From Eledone cirrhosa (taxonomy: Eukaryota), in contig OZ024741.1 of assembly GCA_964016885.1 (NCBI GenBank), positions 371,380,001 to 371,444,000 of the forward strand: 64,000 nucleotides of DNA. The letters run 5' to 3'. This document shows, piece by piece, positions 1 through 13,229 of this stretch (position 1 is the first letter of the stretch; every line of letters begins with the position of its first letter). The translations under genes were made by a program, and so were the position numbers. The notes below the pieces were generated by a model that saw only the letters and a list, made by a program, of their open reading frames with translations, was not told the DNA's origin and made no database searches.

Positions 1-119
1 GGCAATAAAAAGTAAGTTACAACCATTTTTTTTTGTTTTCGTTAATCAGCGCAATAGTAAACGAGATATACAGTGAAAAATGTAGATTCTACCAAATACT
101 CATTCTCTCCCATATACAA

Positions 120-3100
120 ATACACCAGGTCCGAACACAAAAGAACCAAACTCCCTCTGTCACCGCCTCCGTCTCTCTCGCTCTCTCCATCTCTATTGTG
201 AGAAAATGGGGGCCCACGCGCTGGCTACCTCGCGGTCGCGGTGGACTGGCCGTCCTGCGGCCTCGGCGGACAGAATAGAGAAAGCGTTTCCCCGGAGCAT
301 AGTGAAGGAGACGCGCTGGAGAAACTTGTCAAATAAGACAAGATTTTGGCCAACGTAGCCGTGCAAACCGAGGTGTGGGAAGCAACCGCCAAAAAAATGT
401 TTGAAATACAGATGTATTTTGGCAAAACACCAGTCAGCCGGAGTTCATCAGCTCCCTACCAGAAGTAGAAAGAGCACTGAAGGACTTATTGCCGGACATC
501 CAGCACATTGCTAGAGTCAGGAAATTTGGAACCAATTCAATGCTCTTCAAAAGTAAAGTTCTGGCTGTAAAGCACTTGTGGTGAAGGTCAGGATTTCAGG
601 AATCCCGGTGATGTTAGATATCACTAACACCAACAATAACAACAGCAGAAGCAACACCACCACACCAACACCATTAAGAAAAGCAACAAACGTCAAAAAA
701 AGCCAGGAGGTTCGCCTAGAGAAGCTCTCCCTCTCCCTAGCTGTCTCTAAGTATAGACACACACTCCCACCCATATCCAAGACAGATTCCGCAGACATAG
801 TTACTCCTTCATCTCAAAATGAAGATTAATGGGGACACCAAAGGCAGAAAAAAAGATAACACAAAAAACACAACTTGCCTCACACCAACACACACACCAG
901 AAAACATAGACAACACGCCCCAGCAATGACAGACATACCAAACCCATCAACACCATAACCGGCAACACAACCACTACTATCACTACCAGTGCTACCAACG
1001 TTAACACAACCACAGCTACCCACAAAGAGAAAACACACAAAACAACAACAACCAAATACAGAGACACCGAAATTAGTGTTAGTGAAGAAGGCCAACGAAG
1101 AATTGACGGCCCTCATAGCACGAAGTCAGGATATTGAGAGAGAAGGAGAAATGTTGGGCACCAGAACGTTTAAAGTGCCACAAATCTAATGATGCGGCGC
1201 ATGTCTCTTAAGACATACAAAAACATTAGCGAGAGCTTCCCAACGACATGGGAAACCCTAATGAAAAAACCACGAGTAGGCTTTTAAAGATATGGAGGTC
1301 GAACCATCCGATCTCCAGCAGCACCGGGAGGGCAAATATGTCCCTTTATTCTCTTAACTCTTTCCGGCCAACATAGTAATTTAAAGAGTAGGTTGCATAA
1401 ATGTACGTGACCTGGGGTCGTCCTGAAAGTAAGGTCGCTTCCTAAAACGGCATCAGAGCACTAGCTATAGATGTTTAGCCGTCAGCGAGACCAGGATTTC
1501 CGACATACACGCACGACTGAGACAGCCGGATTTCTTTACGCGCCTGAAAGCCTTTCTTGGGACGTCTTGTATTTAGCGGGGGGGGGGGGGGGGCTGGAAC
1601 TGTGGGGAGTAGCCGATAGAAGCAGGAGGTGCAAAAGCCTCAAGAACCCGATCTGACGACTAATTTTCCGATTGTGCCAGTGTAGACCTGGACTAATCAA
1701 ATATGATCATCCAGACCACATTTTGATAGGTTTTTTTTTGTTAGCCGATAGGGATAGCGTAGGTTGTTCACAATTTCAAACAGTCGACTACTCAGACCAC
1801 AAATTTGACAGAGCCCCGATTGCTAGAAGTTTAATGCATCGTTCGTGGTGCGAAAAGTCCACAGAAACCGAAATAGTACATTAGTTAAGCACCAGTTTTA
1901 CGTGCATATATTAGACTTGTTTTCCGATATCCTCAAAGTTGTCTACTGGAACTGGCTGCAGAAGGGGGAATTTCAAGCTCTGTATGTCGGCGTGTAGTAA
2001 GGCGGATAAAGAAAGACGAGAATGTGAGGTAAGTCAGAGATAATTTCTGGCTCATAGCTATGCTCAATACACAGTATAAAATGTTGACCAAGGTGATGGC
2101 AACAAGGTTGGCACTGGTCGTCAAGAGTTTGGTAGAGAAGCACAAACGTGCACAATCCCGACCAGGTCTATACACGTCAAAATTCACCTCATGCGATACA
2201 TCACAGAAAGTGTAGGGAGCATCCTCGCTTTGGTGGAGCTCTATTCAATTTAGACCAATCGAAAGCTTTCGGTAGGGTCGACTATCAATACCTGGAGGCT
2301 CTCCTCAAGGCAGCTGGCTTCGGTCCCGTCTTCAGAGGCTGGATCGGTGCAATGCACAGCGGCATCTGCTCGGTAGTCAAAGTTAATTGCCATCTTTCGG
2401 AACCGTTCCAGATCTCTCGATCGGTCCGTCAAGGGTGCCCTCTCTTCTCCCTTCTGTACGTATTGACTCTCGAGCCTTTCTGCTGTGTCGGCTTATGCAT
2501 ACGACATCATCGTGATGGTGTCGGACACCTCGGAAATCGAGGGGGTCGGCACGTTCTTGGAGGAATATGAAAGGTTGACGGGAGCAAAACTAAACCCGGA
2601 AAAGTCGGTGGGCTTGCAGCTCGGCACCTGGAGAAGCAAGTTCATGCCGCCCAACAGCGTCGCCGGGCGCTGAACGGACGGACCGGTAAAGTTGCTCGGG
2701 GTTTGGTTCGAACCAGTCCTCCAAGTGGCTAAGAAGTGGGACGAGGTTACAATTAGGATAGCCAATATCCCCCAGAAATGGGCTGAGAGGAAGCTGTTCC
2801 TGAAAGGTCGGGTGGAGGTAGCGAACGCGTATATCGCGACCGTCATCTACTACCGCCTGATCGTCGTGCCTTACCCCGTTCGCGCCGCACCAAATTGGAA
2901 CGGCTCCTCTTCAATTTCTTGTGGAGGGGACAGGTACGTTGGTGAGGCGGTCCATCTGCTGCCAGCACCCTCTACGTGGAGGGCTAAGTATGCCGTGGCT
3001 AATGATGCGCAAACATGCACTGAGGCTGCGACATCTCCAGGTTTTCTGCCTAAACGGTAAACAGGTGAGGTCGCCGTTTGTGAGATAGGCCTTTCAGCAG

Positions 3101-3195
3101 CTCGTCTCCTCGACTGAGCTGCAATCCTGGGTCAAGAAGAGACCGATGCTGGGCGCCTGGCATCTGGAATGTTGCCAGGCACTCACTGCCCTGTA
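120..3195 (+). mobile_element. Degenerate Tx1/L1-clade LINE (ORF1 relic, APE relic, RT fragments), 3' truncated
   Basis: RT fragments NLDQSKAFGRVD, SVRQGCPL and SAYAYDIIV (decayed YADD) at 2148-3060. Colinear and visibly similar to the copy at 9944-12550. Many stops and frameshifts. Confidence 0.9.
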
Positions 3196-3883
3196 TCTCT
3201 GATGAGTTCACATAACGCCGAGGTTAGTTTGCCTTTCATCCTTACGGGGTTGATAAAGTATCAGTAACACAGTGGTGCCGATTTAACCGACTTCCCCTCC
3301 CCTTCAAATTACTGGCCTTGTGTATACATCAGAAACCATTATTACTATATATTTTGTAGTTGTTTGTGGTTAGGTATTGGTCTTGTTCTGATAGACTCAA
3401 ACACTGTTTCTGCTTTCAGTTAATAGATTTTGAGCCATTGCTGGCTTTAAACATTTGCCTTCCTCCTCTCTGCCGTGTCTTCCTAGGTATTCTACATGGA
3501 ATGGTTTTCTTTCCATTTTTTCATTGCATTTTGGAATTTAGTTTTGATATATTGTTTTATCTTGAACGTTTTCGTTGTTTGATCTTATCTAAATCATTTT
3601 CTCCAGGGTAGTTAGTTTTCACTTTATATGTTATGTTTGTTTCCATGTTTCCTTATTTATCTAATCAATTTCCTTGTTTGCTTTTAAATATTTTTTCTAT
3701 TCGCTCGGTGGTTATTTTGTAGTCATTTTCTATTTGTATCAGATTCCGTCTTCCTTGTATGCAAGGTAATTATATTCCACATATGTCAACTTTGGGTTAA
3801 TGGCCTCCGAACACTGTTTGTAGTCTACTGTTCCTCAGTTCATTTGACTGCCAATTTATGTTGAACATGTAGCCTATAACTGG

Positions 3884-4420
3884 ACCCACACTGATGCTGT
3901 TGTGGAACAGTTGTTGACGAGTTCGGTCTGCACTCGTTATCTTGCCGTCTTATTGCAGGCCGGCTCCCTCGCCACGCCGCTCTGAACGACATCATCAGAA
4001 GGAGCGTCGATGCATCCGGTTTCCCGACAAAATTAGACCCAGCTGGACTCGACCGTGACAATGGCAAGCGCCCTGACGGATTAACTCTCTTCCCTTTCGA
4101 GGGAGGCAAATCTCTAATTTGTGACTCAACGTGCTGCGATTCGTTCTCTTCATCCAGCCTTGTCGCTTCGGTCACAAACCCGGGCTCTGATGTCCGCAAT
4201 GCAGATGAGAGGGAAATGTTTAAATACCTCGGCCTGACCGACCGCTTCCTCTTCGTACCGGGTTCCGTGGAGTTCTCTCGTGGCCTTGATCCACGCACTG
4301 CTGAATCGGAAAGACGGCAGTCCGTTTGAAGAAGAGGCCCCCCGTGAGGTGGGCTGGCTGTTACAGCGGGTGCCTCTGGCCATTCTCCACGATAACAACT
4401 TTGCCATTGCGTCCGCGTGG
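3884..4420 (+). mobile_element. CRE-like non-LTR retrotransposon C-terminal fragment (Zn knuckle plus restriction-like endonuclease)
   Basis: Hand translation: CCCGTVVDEFGLHSLSCRLIAGRLPRHAALNDIIRRS...LDPAGLDRDNGKRPDGLTLFPFEGGKSLICDSTCCD, matching the RH...KRPDG...D REL motif set. The frame lacks a start codon, so it is absent from the ORF track. Confidence 0.8.
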
Positions 4421-4910
4421 CGTGGCTGAGGCACCGCTGAGACTGGGTTGTAGTGACTGCTCCTCCCCCTCTCCCTTTCATTCGTTGCTTGATTCTTTTT
4501 TCTTTTTTTTCTCTTCATTTCCTTTTTTTCCTTCTAGTCTTGTTATCCATATACGTAGTCACACTGGAGAAAAAAAACCTCCCACTGGATAAGTGCTATT
4601 TCAAGTATTGAGTTAATTCTTATATCACTTTCCACATTTAATATTAGTACTTTTCTTTCATGTCTCACGTCCTATTTATTTCAATTCGGTCTCTTCTCTT
4701 GTACTCTTTTCTAATTTTCGTCATTTCTGTATTTTATTTTATCAGAGACATCTAGTTTTAAATATTTCTATGGATAGTTCTGGTCTAATTCTCTGCTTTC
4801 AGTGTCTGTATCTAATTTTATTTTCCCAGATTTAGTTTGCTACTTCTTATAATAGCTTTGACATATTTGTCTAGCCCGACTCTTATTTATGTCTTTATCA
4901 AATTCATATA

Positions 4911-5190
4911 GACGGCGAATTGGCAGAGTCGTTGGAACGTCGGATAGAGTGCTTTGCGGTATTCGTTTCGGCTCTCTGCTCTCTGAGTTCAAATCCCACC
5001 AAGGTCAATTTTGTCTTTCATCTATTCGAGGTCGATAAAAAAGTACCAGTCAAGTACCGAGGTCAATTCTCTCTATATCTCTTTCTCACTTCCTTTCTTT
5101 CACAATCTATCCTTCTCTGGAAGAAATCTTCTGTATTCAGACCCGGAGAGGAGATGGGCTTCGCCAAGTTTTACAATTCCCTAGAAATAC
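4911..5190 (+). mobile_element. tRNA-derived SINE (subfamily also at 51386-52560 and 53205-53470)
   Basis: A box TGGCAGAGTCG, B box GTTCAAATC, and the shared core CTTTCAT...GTCGATAAAA..GTACCAGT. Confidence 0.85.
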
Positions 5191-5302
5191 GGTGTCCCTA
5201 CGGTTCCCTCGGGAGTTACGAGACCATGAATGCATGTAAATTTATATAGTTTTAGTAGGTTTTCCAATTGCATATTAACCCTTGTAAATAATATCTTAAA
5301 GC

Positions 5303-5620
5303 CAGCGCATGGCTTAATGGTGTGTTCGGTGCCGCTGTCATAAAGTCGTGAGTTCAATTTCCAGTGGTGCGTTGTATCATTGAAGAAGACTTTATTTCAG
5401 GCTGCTCCAGTCCACTCAGCTAGCAACTGAATGAGTTGTACCTGTAATTCAACAGACCAGCCTTGCCACACATTATGCAACACTGAATCTCCCTGAGAAT
5501 TACGTTAAGGGTGTACATGGCTGAGGAATGATCAGCCACCTGCACATTAATTTCACGTGTAGGTTGTTCTGTTGATCAAACGACTAAAACACTCATCGTC
5601 AGTACTGACGGAGGTACAGC
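5303..5620 (+). mobile_element. Second tRNA-derived SINE family (related pieces at 23730-23875, 26630-26945, 48470-48650)
   Basis: tRNA-like head TGGCTTAATGG...GAGTTCAATT. Its 3' part GTTAAGGGTG.ACA...CTCATCGTC...ACGGAGGT recurs elsewhere in the window. Confidence 0.7.
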
Positions 5621-5633
5621 AACAACAACTTAA

Positions 5634-6148
5634 CCCTTTAACAATTAAACCGGCCGTATCCAGCCAGAATTCTTTCACCTCTTTCTGTTCAAACCAGCCA
5701 TAACCGGCTACTCATACCTACCTTAAGGTTAGTATGAGTTCTCAAAATAAATAACATCAAAATCTCGTAGATTCAGTATTATGTGAGATAGTGTTTACTG
5801 TGAATATACAATAGTAAATATAGAATAATGATTTCTAGTATAGGCATAAGGTCAGAAATTTTGGGGGGAGGAGAAAGTCGATTAAATCGACCCCAGTACA
5901 TTACTGGTGCTTTATTTTATCGACTCCGTAAGGATGAAAGGCAAAGTTAACCGGCAGGATTTGAACTCAGATAGTAAAGGGCCGTAACTCTATGCTGCAA
6001 AGCTTGGTGTCCGGCTCTCTACCGATACTGCCAATCCACCGCCCTCAGGGGCCGTAACTCTATGCTGCAAAGCATGGTGTCCGACTCTCTACCGATACTG
6101 CCAATCCACCGCCCTCAGTAAATATAGAATAATATAAATGCTAAGGGG
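5634..6148. mobile_element. piggyBac-like MITE interrupted by a SINE
   Basis: TTAA|CCCTTTA...TAAGGGG|TTAA termini. The internal SINE is flanked by a 17-bp duplication. Confidence 0.55.
5830..6116 (-). mobile_element. Main tRNA-derived SINE with 17-bp TSD and a ~70-bp tandem duplication of its head
   Basis: AGTAAATATAGAATAAT at 5813-5829 and 6117-6133. Head repeated at ~5978-6047 and ~6048-6116. Confidence 0.9.
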
Positions 6149-6781
6149 TTAAAAATCATCCGAATATAGCAAGCTTGTTTGTAGTTTGTCCGTAGTATTT
6201 ATAATCGGTGTCAATGGAGTCAGAACCAGGCAAAAGAGTAAGATGGAATTATTCACTCCCTTCCCTCAAGGTTCTTTTTATGGGTATAGGGTTGGTTTTA
6301 ATTATTATTTTCTTTGCCTTGTAGTGATATGGTTGATTTCCATCTTGACATGACATGATTGATGTATATTGTTAGTATCGGGGGTTGTTTTATTTATGTG
6401 GTATGTCTTCAGTATCCAACATGTATTATACTATCAAATGCTTTTCAGTAATCAATCCACGCTATCCTAAAGTTTCTTTTCCTTTTTTTGGTTGTCGTCT
6501 ATTATAGCTTGGTTCACCAGTAACTGCTCCCTTTACAGCCATACATCCCTTTCTAGCTCCCTTTTTATTCATTCGGTTATATATTATTGCTAGCCAGCTC
6601 TACCATTATAGAATGGTAATTTGGGCCGTCACTGATGTTTTTGTTTCGGGAAAATAATTAGATTTTCCATCCCAGCTGCCATTCAGGCGTTCCTTCTGGT
6701 CCTCTTATCAGTTGACTAAATGTTGCTACCACGTAACCATGGATACAGGTAGAGGTAAAGATGCAGATACGGGTACAAGTC

Positions 6782-6891
6782 CTTCTTCTTCTTCTTCTTC
6801 TTCTTCTTCTTCTTCTTCTTCTTCTTCTTCTTCTTCTTCTTCTTCTTCTTCTTCTTCTTCTTCTTCTTCTTCTTCTTCTTCTTCTTCTTCT
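6782..6891. repeat. (CTT)n microsatellite
   Basis: Pure trinucleotide run. Confidence 0.98.
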
Positions 6892-7129
6892 GTCCTCCTC
6901 AACGTTAACTCTGGTTTGTTCTGTTATGGCATGTGTCTATATGTCTACATTGTTTGTTGTTAAGGTTGTTTAGGTGTGAAGTCGAGTCTATATCTTTACT
7001 ATAACTCTGTATTTCGTTGAATATTTCCAATGAAGTTTAGCGACGAAACTTTGGTTTACCTGAAATATTGTAAAAGAAAATAAGTAGATTAACCCATGTA
7101 AATATTGTGTCCTCCTTTTTTTGCGGCGT

Positions 7130-7420
7130 CTTCTCCGAATTGAGAGATCACAGCTCTGATAATATCGGAAGGGGGTTAGAATGTCCCAGAAAAGAATTGC
7201 TGGACAGATTTTACTGGGAAAACCAACCGAGAGGAGACCCAGGGATAGACTCAGAGCAAGTTGGTTGGATAACATACATGTGCTTGGCTGGTCTCACTTG
7301 GGGATCCAGCTGGATCAGTTAGAAACGGTTGCTTCTGACTGAACCCGTTGGAGGGAGTGTTTGAGGATTCTGCTTCCACGACACTCGCAGGAATAAGTGG
7401 GCGAAGAAGAAAAAGAAGAG
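7130..7420 (+). mobile_element. RTE-type LINE 3' end
   Basis: Homologous to the reverse complement of 49310-49660. Ends in a GAA-type tail. Confidence 0.7.
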
Positions 7421-7446
7421 AATATATATATATATATACACACACA

Positions 7447-7626
7447 CAGTGTACCCCCGGTTATTCGCGGAATCTTCCTTAGAAACTAACTAATAATAGT
7501 TCGTGGAAACCACCGCATATTCACAGAGGCGTATATATCTTCCGCGATTTTTTAATGCCTTTTATCGCGGTTTTTCACCATTCGGGGGGTGCTCTGGGTG
7601 CGTAACCCCGCGAATGCCGGGGAACA

Positions 7627-7629
<3 letters not shown>
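7447..7629. mobile_element. Tc1/mariner(pogo)-like MITE
   Basis: ~22-bp imperfect TIRs CAGTGTACCCCCGGTTATTCGCGG / CCGCGAATGCCGGGGAACACTG, followed by TA. Confidence 0.75.
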
Positions 7630-7661
<32 letters not shown>

Positions 7662-7900
7662 GAAAGAGAGAGAGAGAGAAAGAAAAAGAGGGGTACGAAC
7701 CCCCACGACCGCCAATGTGTTTCGGCTTGTGTGTTCAGCAAGGCTTTCCAAGAGTATCACGGTCGGGTTCATACTTATCTATACCCACTCTGTATCTCCC
7801 CATGCATTGAATACTCCCATGATTTGTGGTCCCCTCGGTCTCAGCACCGCAAACTCTCTCTCTCTCCCTCCATGTATATATGTACGTCTCGATTCTACGA

Positions 7901-8042
<142 letters not shown>

Positions 8043-8052
8043 TCGTAGAATC

Positions 8053-8151
8053 TAGACGTATCTGAGGACCTTGCGATTTCAGAATCAGGTTCGATCATTA
8101 CATCGATCGTGCCTCGTGTTGGTTGCCAAAGAAACAATTGTAATATGTCTA
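8053..8151 (+). ncRNA. Type I hammerhead ribozyme motif with enlarged stem II
   Basis: TAGACGTAT-CTGAGGA-[62 nt]-GAAA-CAATTG-TA-ATATGTCTA. 9-bp stem I (one G.U), palindromic stem III ACAATTGT, GUA cleavage triplet. Confidence 0.8.
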
Positions 8152-8272
8152 ATAAATTTTATTCGTCGTACCACTGATTCTCCGTTTCTTATCTGATATT
8201 ATACTCTGCTCTATAAGAGTATCGAGTGTTCAAACGGCCTACCGCTTATGGACGCTTTAAGCATCTCACCAA

Positions 8273-8359
<87 letters not shown>

Positions 8360-8384
8360 TATCTATCTATCTATCTATCTATCT

Positions 8385-9903
8385 GAACTGTTTACATACC
8401 TTGACATTTCCAATGCTAGGAAGCTGTTAAGTGATGCAAAACAGTACGTAACTTTTGGTGAGAGTGGTGCTTTCAGCATCACTTCTCAACAGTTACGTAG
8501 AGAAACTATCCTAAAAACAATAATTTTTAGAACAGTTTCAAATGTGTCTAAAAAAACAGTTCAATTATCTCAAAACGAAATTGAACTGGTTCTGAAAAAT
8601 TCAATGAAGGATATTGCCTTCATCCAAAAAGGTAAACTTTTTGGAAGCATTCCGGTGCTAATGAAAGACCAATTGACGGCACAAAAATATTATGTGTCAC
8701 CAATTGTGTCCCCCCTTTACACCTTTTTCCCTACATATATGGGAAAAAGGACCCCAAAAATAAGAGTAACAAATATCACACCAAATGTAAACATCTGGTG
8801 GATATTAGCTGGTTTCATCAATTTTGATGAAGATACAGTAATTTCGGTAGGAAAGTCCTCCAAGGGCATATTCAACGGTACAAGCTTAGAAGTTCTAGTC
8901 CAAATGAGACCAGAACAGATAGTTAGAATACCACAACGTGTGCCTCTGGATGGAAATTCCTACATAAACATTTCTGTTGAGGGTTGGCGGCCTTCGTGTT
9001 ACCAGTGTTTAAGCAGTGGTCACCTGAGGTCTTCCTGTCCTCAATTAACTGCATTAAAGAAAAGGCACTACTGCCGACACCTAACACAACAACACAACCA
9101 CCACCACCACCACAACAACAACAACAACAACACACAAAAATGACAAAAACAAACCAAACTGCAAACACAGTCCCACCCAACCCCTCCCCACCTAAAACAA
9201 CTCCCAAAACACCCACAAGCACAACAGCTCCCCAAAACGTACCCCTCCCCAATCACACAGACACCACAACGGACGAGGCCCCCTCATCATCACTCAGTGA
9301 TGATGAGGGAGAACCCCTCCGCTCCAAAAAAAGAAAAAAAGACATAACACGAACAAAAAGGCAACAAACACACAACCACCAACAGAAACAACACAAACAT
9401 TACAAACAAAAATCCCCCCTCCCGAAAACAAAAAACAATGACAACAATCCAAACACAAATACTCACAACAAAACGAAAACACACACAAGAACAACAGACA
9501 AAAACTAACACAACACAACAAAAATATTATACATACATAAACACTGACAATAAAACCTTGATGGAGGTCATCTCCAAAAACCCTTCCGTGGAAACTGAAG
9601 GAAAATATTTTACCAAAAGTAAAGACAAACCTAATTTAAGGATGATTAGGGTCTCTACGGACACCTATAAGTCCTTAAAGGAAAACTTTGCTGAGGACGT
9701 GGGGAATATGTGTGTTAAATCAACGAACCGCGTTCTTGAAACGTTTCCCCACCCCCACCCCAGACACCCCCACCCTACCAGACACCCCATTCCCACCAAA
9801 CATCTCCGTCCCTACCCCACCAGGAACCACCGCCCTACCAAACAACCCCTCCAACACCCCCATGTACATTGTGCAGCCTGGTCCCCAGGAGACGAAGAGG
9901 TGA
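8385..9903 (+). pseudogene. Tx1 ORF1 (gag-like), frameshifted
   Basis: CYQCLSSGHLRSSC zinc knuckle (~8996-9037), followed by a Pro/Thr/Lys-rich tail split across frames. Confidence 0.85.
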
Positions 9904-9943
9904 GTGATTTCTTTTCCTCTTCTTTTAACTTTTCAGCACCAAC

Positions 9944-12900
9944 ATGGCTAATATAAGAGTTGGATGTGTGAATGTACGCAGCCTGGGGATGCTCTGGAAA
10001 CAGGGCAAACTCTTAAACGACCTCAGGTCGCACAGTATGGATGTAGTAGCCATTTGCGAGTCCAGGATCCACAGCGAGCGACAGCTGGCCCCCATCTTCG
10101 ACGACTTTGAGATCTACGCATCTCTCTGTCAGCCGGGAGGTGGGGGCGGAGTTGCCGTTTTGCTGCGGAAACACCTGGACATCGTAACACAGACGATACA
10201 TCTGGACCCTGGGGGTCGACTGGTGGTCCTAGACGTTGACGGTAGTGAAGGTGGAGCCTTCAGGCTAGTGGCCGCATATGCCCCATCCGGGACACCGCGG
10301 CCAGACTTCTTCAAACGTCTAGAGACTTTTCTGGGAACGTGCCGCTCCTTGCTTTTAGTGGGGGACTGGAATGGAATCCTAGATGCACGTTGGGACTATG
10401 TGGGAGCATGTCCCGATAAAGGGGGGTGTAACAGCCTCAAACAGTTAATCGGCCGATTTGACCTAGCCGATAGATATCGACTAGATTTTCCGACTGTGCC
10501 ACTGTGGACGTGGACTAATCGCAGCGGAACATCTAGATCATACCTAGATAGGGTTCTAGTTAGAAATAAAGATGGGGACATGTTAAGCTGTCCAAAAATG
10601 TTCATGGTTGCCTATTCAGATCACAAATTAGTGACCTGCATGGTCAACCTTGATAGAACCCATAGATAAGGACCCGGCTACTGGAAGCTGAACTTGTCGT
10701 TACCGACATGCAAAGCCTACAGTAGACGGATTAGCACTTTAGTTAAACAGCACTTGACAGGGGCCATTGTCAACAACAGATGGTGGTACTCTCTCAAGAG
10801 GGCAGTTAGATTAGACTCGTTAGTTTTTAGTAAAGAATTAGCGTTAAATAGAAATAGGACCGAGAAGGAACTGATAGATGAAATAGAAGAGGCAATTAGA
10901 AGGCAACGTAGCCAGCGTGCTAGCAACGAGAATGGCCTTGAACCAGTTCTTCGACGCAAAGCACGAGGGCTCCGTTGTTAGAAGCAAAATACGTGCTCTG
11001 GGTAACGAGGGAGTTAAAGTTGTTAGCTGTGCCCGGGTGAGGGAGGAAAAAAGTGGCAACAAGACGGACGTGTGATACGTGATCCGAAGCAGATGTGCGC
11101 GGCCTTTTAGCGGCACTTTGCTCAGCTGTTCGGGCATGGAGGCGCGCCGGGAGGGGTTATAGATTTCGGTCCATACCTCGACGGCCTACCGAGACTCTCG
11201 GAGCCAATGCGGCAAACGAAAATCTCCAGGTCTCGACGGTCTACCCTACGAATTTTACGTAGCAATGTCGGACTTGGTCTCCTGGAAGCGGTCTACTGCA
11301 ACTGGCAGCAGAACGGGATAATTCCCAGTTCTGTGACCAGGGGCGTAATCACACTAGTCAGGAAGGACGAGAATTAGGGGGATGACAGGAAACTTCCGGC
11401 CCATAACTCTGCTAAACACAGAGTTACAGATTTTGGCCAAGATGTTGGCAAAGAGGCTGGCGTTTGTCGTCGAAAACCTGGTGGGAGAAGCGCAGACATG
11501 CGCAATCCCGACCAGCTCCATACACGACAACCTCCACCTCATGCGATACATCATAGAGAGGGTAGGGTGTAAACCCGGCTTCGGTGGGACCCTGATCAAC
11601 TTGGATCAGTCTAAGGCTGTCGATAGGGTTGACCATCGTTATCTGGATGCAGTGCTCGAGGCGGCAGGCTTCGTACCCGTGTTCAGGGGCTGGATTTCTG
11701 CAATGCACAACAGCAACATCTGCTCAAGGATCAAGGTGAACGGCTACCTCCCAGAGCCGTTCGATATCACACGATCCATTCGACAGGGATGCCCTCTCTC
11801 CTCCCTTTTGTACGTACTGACTCTCGAGCCACTACTGCGGAAGCTGGAGCTATTGCAGGGCATCCCTCTGGAACCGGGACTGCAGAAAGCGGCGTCGGAC
11901 TACGCGACGACGTGACAGTAATGGTGTCGAGCACCTCGCAAATCGAGGAAGTTGGCACCTTACTGAAGGAATACGAAAGGTTCACAGGAGCGAAGCTGAA
12001 CCGGGACAAATCCATCGGTTTGCAACTCGGATCGCGGAGAGGCAAACCGATGCCTTCCGATGGCGTCGTCGGACGCTGGACAGAAGTACCGGTAAAGCTG
12101 CTCAAGGTCTGGTTTGGTCCGAACCTCCAGGTGGAGAAGAACTGGAACGAGGTAATGGCCAAGGTGTTTGCACTCACCCAGAAGTGGGCCGAGTGCAAAC
12201 TATCCTTGAAAGGTCGAGCGGAGGTGGCGAACACTTTTATAGCGTCTGTCATCTACTACCGCTTGACCGTCGTGCCTTGTCCAGCCAAAACGCTCACCAA
12301 AATGGAGCGCGCGCTCTTCCAATTCCTTTGGAAGAAGCGGGCTCCTTTTGTGAGAAGATCCATCTGCTGCCAACACCTTTCCAACGGAGGGCTGGCGATG
12401 CCGTGGCTGACGATGCGCAAACACGCGCCCAGGCTGCGGCATCTCCCCACGACTCGTCTCGTTGACCGAGCTGCAGTCCTGAGTCAAGCAAAGACCGAGG
12501 AAAATGGGCGACTGGCACATCGAATGTGCTCAGGCGCTCACAGCCCTCTGGCAGGCGGACCCGGCGATCAGTGGAGACTCCACTTCGTCATTCTATAGAG
12601 GGTTGAACCGCAGCAAGTGCGACGACGCGCACGGAGAAGCTCTGGGCGTAGAGGAAGACGAACTGGCCAGTCTGTTCGGTAGGACCTTCCGCCCGGGACT
12701 GATGGACAACTTCCAAATGTCCCTGGCCTGGCAGTGCTACCGAGGAGCTCTACAAGTTAGAGACAAGCTCTACAGACACGGGCGCCCGGGCAGGGACCCT
12801 TCGAAAAAGATCTGTCCGAGATGCGTGCGAGACGAAGAAACCGTCGCGCACGCATACATACACTGCCCGGGCGTTACCGACCTGTGGGTCTATGTACAAA

Positions 12901-13229
12901 GACTACTGTCGCGGGTGGGCCCAATCCGGTTGACCACCGAGTCCATTGTCATGATCAAACCGCCACCCTCCTTCAAAAACGAAGGAGAGGCGGTTTTCCT
13001 TTGTGTGATAGCTATGGCGAAAGAGGTTGTATGGTGGACAAGGTTGAAAGGGCTGAGGTCAGACACCTTTCTCTCCGGCCAACAACTGATTCTTTTTTTC
13101 AAATACCACTTTGGAAGAAGAATCAGGATGGAGAGAGAGGTGCTGTACCCCAGCAAGTTTTATGAAAGGTGGGTGAAAGTGGCGAGAATGGCCCGAGTGA
13201 ATGGGCCTTCTCTCTATATCAGCCTGTAG
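9944..13229 (+). pseudogene. Tx1 ORF2 (APE endonuclease, reverse transcriptase, zinc-binding C-terminus), broken
   Basis: NVRSL, AICES, GDWN, SYLDR, SDH (APE). FRPITLLN, NLDQSKAVDRV, RQGCPLS (RT). CPRC..ETVAHAYIHC. Split over ORFs at 9944, 10694, 11382, 11789 and 12504. Confidence 0.95.

Larger units (their letters stand above)
3345..6720 (-). mobile_element. Old R4/Dong-clade LINE broken into three pieces (6230-6720, 4620-4905, 3345-3790) by later insertions
   Basis: Minus-strand relics in the expected order: WIDY*KAFDSI (~6430-6460), a GLDK-like segment (~4870), then KWKEKPFH...SQQWLK...LKAETV...EQDQYLTTNNY (3345-3520). These parallel the Dong copy at 30300-33780. Confidence 0.7.

Noticed and set aside
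4540-4582. LVIHIRSHTGEKKP C2H2 zinc-finger linker
   Set aside because: Only half a finger with no upstream CxxC, so at most a tiny relic.
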